Part shown: piece by piece, positions 57,707 through 64,000 of the stretch
Layout: every line of letters starts with the position of its first letter
Position numbering within the stretch: the stretch's first letter is position 1
Source of the DNA: the human T2T-CHM13v2.0 reference genome, Homo sapiens
Assembly (NCBI RefSeq): GCF_009914755.1
Contig: NC_060941.1
Strand: one strand, 5' to 3'
Length of the DNA stretch: 64,000 bases
The notes under the pieces: model-generated
Seen by the model: only the letters and a program-made list of their open reading frames with translations
Database searches by the model: none
What the model was told of the DNA's origin: nothing
Made by a program: the position numbers and the translations under genes

Positions 57707-58869
57707 CTGTGAAAAACAACGGCAGACAGAGCTCAAAACAAAGTCAGGTACGCAGGTGCATGTGCACACCTGTGTGTATTCATCTCACATGTTTTAGGCA
57801 GAGATGTCCAGACAGGAAACTGAAATGCTGCAAATCTGGGTCAGGCAAACACCGGGAGTCGAGGGCGAGGAGGAGGAGGGATGCCTGCTTTTGCTTGGGG
57901 ACAGCATAGCAACGATGGGCACGACAGAAGACGGCCCTGGACGCGCATCTCGGCGGTGAACCACAGAGCTGCCCTGGGCTGGATTGAGAATATGTCACAG
58001 ATGACATTTCCCCTTAATGAACTCAAATCAAATGGCCCATATGCAAGGTGAGTTATTTCTAAGAACTCACTTCTTGAATCACATGCAAAGTGGATGTGAG
58101 GAAACCGCTGCCTGTCCGCAGGCCGCCCGTCTGAACCTGCTCCATTCAGCTCAGGAAAGCAGCGTCCCTAAGTGGAGAAGAGCCTTGCTACCAGCTGGCT
58201 TCCTCCAGGGCCGACAACCCTCTCCCCGGGCATCCAGGCCAGCACCCCTGCCTCAGGTGACATCCTGTCAGTAGCCTTGACCCCCTCCCGGGCCCTGCAG
58301 AGCCTCAGAGCATCACCTGCCTCAGCCTTTCTCAACCCTTCCCCCGCCCTCCGCCCTGCCCGGCCCCCTCCAGCCTGACCTCTGCCCCGGAGTGGGCTCC
58401 CAGCACTCAGCCCTGGCTCTGTTCTGCTCCTGAGATCCAGAGGTAGGAGGGCAGGTCCTTCAGGGCTCACACTCACCTTGCAGTGGGAGGAGCTGGCTGG
58501 AGAGAGGGCACCTGGGCGCGTCCGTAGGAAACAGCACCCACCCCAAGTGAGGGCCCAGGGCCAGCAGAGCCTCCCGAGTAGACGTTCTCACAGCACAGGC
58601 CCCAGGTCACAAGTCCCAGCGGACGCAGCTGATTCCGTCTCACCCAAGACCAACAAGGAGACAATAGTGAAAATGTAACTGTGGTCCAAAGAGTGGTATC
58701 AGTGAGCCAGTCTCCTAACTCTGAAGCGATGAAGTCACACCGAGGCATCTGAGGCCCCTGGATCTGTCTCCAACTTGTGTAGCGTTTACGCGTAGTGAGT
58801 GATTCTTTTCTACCAATGCAGTTAATGACGTGCTTGGGGGAGGCTTCTGTTTGCATTTGTTGTTGTTGT

Positions 58870-59690
58870 TGTTTTTTAATTAAACTTACTTTGAGAAAAT
58901 TGTGAATTCACATTGCAGCTGTAAGAAACAACTGTAGAGAGACCCTCTGTGCCCTTCACCACTTCCTCTGGTGGTAACATCACGAGGACCCAAGGTCAAC
59001 GCCGCACCAGGAGAGGGACATGATGGAGTCCAGATCCAGATGTCCCAGGGCACGAGCACCCGAGGCGCCCCTTACAGCCACTGGCAGCCCCTCAACGGCA
59101 GCCGCTGTGCTATCCCGACGCCGTGGCTGTGCTATCCCGACGCCGTGGCTGTGCTCTCCAGAGCATGATCCGGGAACGTGCAGGAGGCGGCCTTCTGTGC
59201 CCGGCTTTCGCACTGCTCCTCGGCTCCCAGGACAGGCTTCCAGTCACTGCATGTAACAGTAGTCAGGTCCTGTGCTGGCGATCCCGAACATTCAAGTTCA
59301 GGTTTGTCTGTGAACAGCGTCTTCAATCCACTGGGATAAATGCCCAGGAGAGCAACTGCCGGGTCACAGAACAGTTACATGTTTAGTTTTTACAGGAACT
59401 TCCAAACAGTCTCCAGAGTGGTTGCGCCGTCTCTCACCCTCAGTGATGCATGAGGATCCAGCTTCTCTGCCTCTCGCCAGCACTGGGTGTCTCGGTTTTC
59501 ATTCCGTTCTGATGGCACCGTGCTTTAACACAGGCTCCCTGAAGGCTGGCGAGGAGCATCTTTTCGCCTGGTTCTTTGCCGTCTGTACACCCTCCTTAGT
59601 GAAATGTCTTTTCATGTATTTTGCTCATTTTCTAATTGGAACAAACGTGCTCGGCCATGGCTGTGTAATTCTTTTCATATGCTGCTGAAT
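58870..59690 (-). mobile_element. Old L1M 3' fragment
   Basis: gggataaatgcccaggag...tgtttagttttt...tccaaac...ccagagtggttg and gtgaaatgtcttttcatgtattttgctcattttctaattgg. Confidence 0.7.
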
Positions 59691-61244
59691 TCTATCTGTG
59701 AACCTTTCATGTCTCTCTCCTAAAGCACATGCTAAAAATAGTTGTGAATTAGGACAGCTCTGGAGCCGCCGCCCTGCCCAGCGAGTTTTCCCCACACCCA
59801 ATCTGACCGAGATGCATTTCTAAACTGTTTGGTGTGTCTGTTTCTGTGCATCCTGCATAGCATCTACCTACGTACAATTGCATCTGTTTCCTGGTCTTGT
59901 CTATACTGTCTCACGTTTGACTGCTGAACAGAAAAGATTTTGAGGGAAGCTGATCAAAAGCTGGAGGTAGAAGTCCTTTGTTCCAAAACGTGAAGACAGA
60001 GAGGCTCAGCATCTACACACAAACACCGAGACCCTGAGGCCAGCACTGCCGGGTCCTGGGAGGCAGCTGTGGGCGACAGGTGAGTACACGCCAGCCCACT
60101 CCTGAGAGCCTGGATCCCGCTGGGGCATGAGAGGCGCCTCTCGGACGGGGGCTGATTGACGCCTGCTTCCACTGCGCATGCCCGACCCCTCCCCATGACT
60201 CCCCCAGCTTCATGCTTCCCTGGAAAGGTAAAGCCACACCGGGTCTCTCACCAAGAGTGAGGACGGGGTGGGGGAATCCTGTGAAACTAGAGGCCCGAGG
60301 CTGGCAATTCCTGTGGCTTTAATTAACCACGAGCCACGAGCATTGGTCTATAAACGGAGGAGGTGAGAGGATCTTTTTTGGCCTCAACATTTTTTAACCT
60401 TGGAAGAAGGCAGCAAGCTCTCTCCCGTGCAACTGCATCTAAACAGCAGTAGGAAGGCGTGGATTCCAGACAGACCAACAGCGCCCAGCCGCGATGCTGC
60501 CGGCACCTTCCTCTGCAGGAGACCTCGCGCTCTCAAGAGGAGGCGCAGGGAAGAGGCACGCTCTCAAGAGGAGGAGGAGGCGCAGGGAAGAGGTGCGCTA
60601 TGCGCTTAATCCTGCACCGAGACGTCAGATTCTCAGGGCAGGAGCTTTTGTGGGCACCGCACCTAGCACAGGGCCTGGACCCAGTGAGCAGATGTGAATG
60701 AGAGGCCTGTGCGCTGGCCTGAGAGGCTGGCTAACTTTCTCCAGGTTCCTAGAAGAAGCCACTTTCAAGGCTTTCGAGAAGTGTTGTGAGCTAATTCATT
60801 TGAAAGCCTCTGTGCCAACAGGCGGAGCAGAAAGCGCAGGCCGCTGGAGTTGATCCCAACAAGCAATCTTGGAACTCTTTCTGAATTTATACGGGGACCA
60901 CCAGGATCTGGCAATTCCACCGAAAAAAAGAGTCAGAACGTTGAAAGGAATAGGATACTGACAGAAGGGAGGTGTGAGGGGACACGGGGGGCTGTGCTCC
61001 CTAAGTTGCCTGCCACAGTCCCTCCCTGCCTGCCCTCCTCACATGGCCATCGACCCTCAAGCACTGAGAGGTGAGGTCTGCGCTCCCTCCCCTCAAATCT
61101 GGGGTCAGCATGACACCACGTGACACGGTGCTCTGGGGCTACATTGTCAAAGGCAACGCAGCTTCTGGCAGGCTCTCCTGGACACTTGTTCTTGCAGCCA
61201 CCATGCTGCGAGGAAGCCTGAGCAGCTTCGTGGAGAGAAAGCGC

Positions 61245-61620
61245 CCAGCCCGGATCCCTGCCATTGAGCGAGTGCGCGGGCTCCAGATGATCCCAGCCAG
61301 GATCCCTGCCGCCGAGCGAGTGCGCAGGCTCCAGATGATCCCAGCCCGGATCCCTGCCGCCGAACGAGTGTGCGGGCTCGAGATGATCCCAGCCCGGCAG
61401 TCCAGAGGTGAGGATGCCTGCGAATGGAGACAAGCGGCCCTTCCTGACCCACAAAGACGGAAACTCAGACTTGCAAGGTGAACCCATCACACAGAAGGAA
61501 ACTCACACCCCCAGGTGAACCCATCACACAGAAGGAAACTCACACTCCCAAGTGAACCCATCACACAGAAGGAAACTCACACCCTCGAGGTGAGTCCCCC
61601 ATCATAAAACGTAACTCAGG
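61245..61620. repeat. Two short tandem arrays: about 50 bp x3 (61245-61397) and 38 bp x3-4 (61475-61620)
   Basis: ccagcccggatccctgccgccgagcgagtgcgcgggctccagatgatc and ggtgaacccatcacacagaaggaaactcacac. Confidence 0.88.
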
Positions 61621-61637
61621 GCTGGAACGTAACTCAG

Positions 61638-62035
<398 letters not shown>

Positions 62036-62429
62036 CTAAAGACGGTGGCAAGAAGGTCAGGGCTGCTGGGGCTGCAGCTCAGACTCCCCGTGGATTCGCC
62101 ACAGAGGCCGAGTCCTGAAGACGGCAAAGGGGCGAGACCTTCGATGGGCAGCGCAGGAGGGTCAAGCGTGTCTGGGTGAACCCAGGTGAGGTGCCCTCGG
62201 TGCATGGTGCTGGGTGCGAGGGAGGAAGGAGGGGCCGGGCTGAGGCGGGAGGCAAATGAACGCAGAGAGCTCAGAAGGGCCCCTTCCCAGAAAGACACGT
62301 TTCTGGCACAGACTCAAGAAGTCAGCTTCTGAATTACACTGAAGGAAAGAAAAGAAACCAGTTGCATTTTTGACACTAACATCAGCTCCCTGGGGCCACT
62401 GCCTTGGAGTGAACGACTTGCCGTCCACT

Positions 62430-62660
62430 GCTGTGGGGGAGGGGGGCTGTGGGGGAGGGGAGCTGTGGGGGAAGGGAGCTGTGGAGGCCCCTGGTGTTGG
62501 GGGGCTGTGGGGGCCCCTGGTGTGGGGGGGCTGCCCGGCGGGGGGCTGGGGGGGCTGTGGGGGCCCCTGGTGTGTGGAGCTGCAGGGGACCCTGGTGTGG
62601 GGGGGGCTGCGGGGGCCCCTGGTGTGGGGTGCTGTGGGCAGCCAGGGGTGCCTGGGGAGC
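62430..62660. repeat. G-rich degenerate tandem repeat
   Basis: gggggctgtgggggcccctggtgt units. Confidence 0.85.
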
Positions 62661-64000
62661 TCGTTCAACCACCAGGCAGGCGGCCCTTCTCCAGCACTGC
62701 TGCTGCTGAGCCACGCCCCAGGGTCCAGAGTCACCAGCACCGGGGGCTTCGGCCGCCACTCCTGAGCAGCGATGTTGAAGGCGAAGGTGAAGGAGGAGCA
62801 CCCAGGCCTGACAGCCCGAACTACAGCCCAGCAGAGCCCGGAGGCAGCCGTCCAGTGTGACCCTGTCACTCCCTGCCCCCGGAGCGAAGAGCACGGTCAG
62901 AGGAGAGCCCACAAGCACTCCAACTTCAAGAGCTGAGTCAGTCACTGCAACAGCTTCTGCCTCTCCAAGGCCCAGTCTGGCATGTTCTGCCCCTTCCAGC
63001 TTGGGAAGTCACACACCGGTCTGGGCATGGGCTCACAGGGCTGGGGGCCGTGGCCCTCCCAGGCTGCATGTGCAGAGGGGCTGACGCCCCAGCCCTGTGC
63101 TCTGGGACTTCCTCAGACAAAGGCTGCAGAGTGCACCGCGGACTTCATTTAAACAGAACACCTGGAAGTCCTGTTTATTTAAGTTAACACGCAGCTTCTT
63201 GTGGGGGCAGAAGTGGAAGCAGGGAGAGTCGGCTGCCGTGCCGTCTGGATGATTATGGCTTGGCACAGGCAAGGAGCGGGGAACGGCGCCCAGGATGCAG
63301 GGCACGGCGGCTCCACCCATTCCCCCGACAGGCAAGCTGTGGCCCAGGCTGCTTCACAGGAACCCTCCCGTCTTTGTTCCTCCGCGTCGCTTCCCTACAC
63401 CTCCCTGCATGCTCCATCCCAGTGCACGAGGGTGGGTGAGGCTGTACCCTAAGGTGGAGCACCTGCCCTCACGGGGCTGTACCCCGAGGACTGGTCTTGA
63501 ACGTTGGGAACAGAGATCAGCTCTGGAAAGGAGCTGGGTGGAGCCAGGGCAGCCTTCGTGTTTGGTCTGGGGTGGTCTAGAGGTGACCAAGAATGCAGGC
63601 TTTCCTCTCCGATGTCTCCTGAGCCCAGGCACAGAGGTGGGAAACCACAGGGTGCACAGTGTCAGGAATCCAAGGGTCAGCCGGGGCGAGAGGAGGAGGA
63701 AGGACGGGGGTTGGCTGGCCCTCAGGAACGGGGGCAAGTTACAGGGCGCAATGCGGGTTCCCTGTTCTTGCTAACCTTGGATAACGATGCTCTACATGCA
63801 GGATTCCTAAAGTTCTGCAGTGATTTATCTACATGCAAATGCACGATTTATGAAAGCCGCCATCAAAGGTCCTTCCTAATTAGCTGGTTTCTTGTAAAAG
63901 ATCTTAAGAAAACAACGACCAAGTACAAGTATCTCAGCGTTTATTTCATTCTCTCAGGACAAACTACACAATGTAATTCACGTAACCACGAACCAGCAAC

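Noticed and set aside
60100-60135. Minus-strand ATGCCCCAGCGG (MPQR) resembling the upstream B3GNTL1 exon
   Set aside because: Flanking codons do not match the remembered DDVMMPQRVRLQ peptide, and there are no fitting splice sites. It is probably a chance match; the real exon appears to lie right of the window.

Overview
Human-type (primate) genomic DNA that is GC-rich and repeat-dense. The only supportable protein-coding content is six internal exons on the minus strand. They splice in frame through canonical GT-AG sites into the central and C-terminal part of B3GNTL1 (QTGAL, queuosine-tRNA galactosyltransferase, GT2/GT-A fold). I recognised the gene from the translated peptide, and recall it as lying in subtelomeric 17q25.3. 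The 5' exons lie beyond the right edge and the last exon beyond the left edge. A 40.6 kb intron (17003-57610) makes up most of the window. The introns hold six large GC-rich minisatellites, a TG/CA-rich array, three large L1 insertions (one with a twin-priming inversion), about a dozen Alus, MaLR/ERV LTRs, and DNA transposons (Tigger1 with a nested MER85, Tigger3-like elements, and a Ricksha-like element). Nearly all long ORFs in the supplied track are artefacts of the tandem repeats. I found no convincing new protein-coding system. The best leads are motif-amplifying VNTRs near the exons: an RNA G-quadruplex array, a decoy splice-acceptor array, a RUNX array and an E-box array. There is also a possible gene-conversion tract between two L1 copies. 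Repeat family names come from remembered consensus sequences, and repeat boundaries are approximate.
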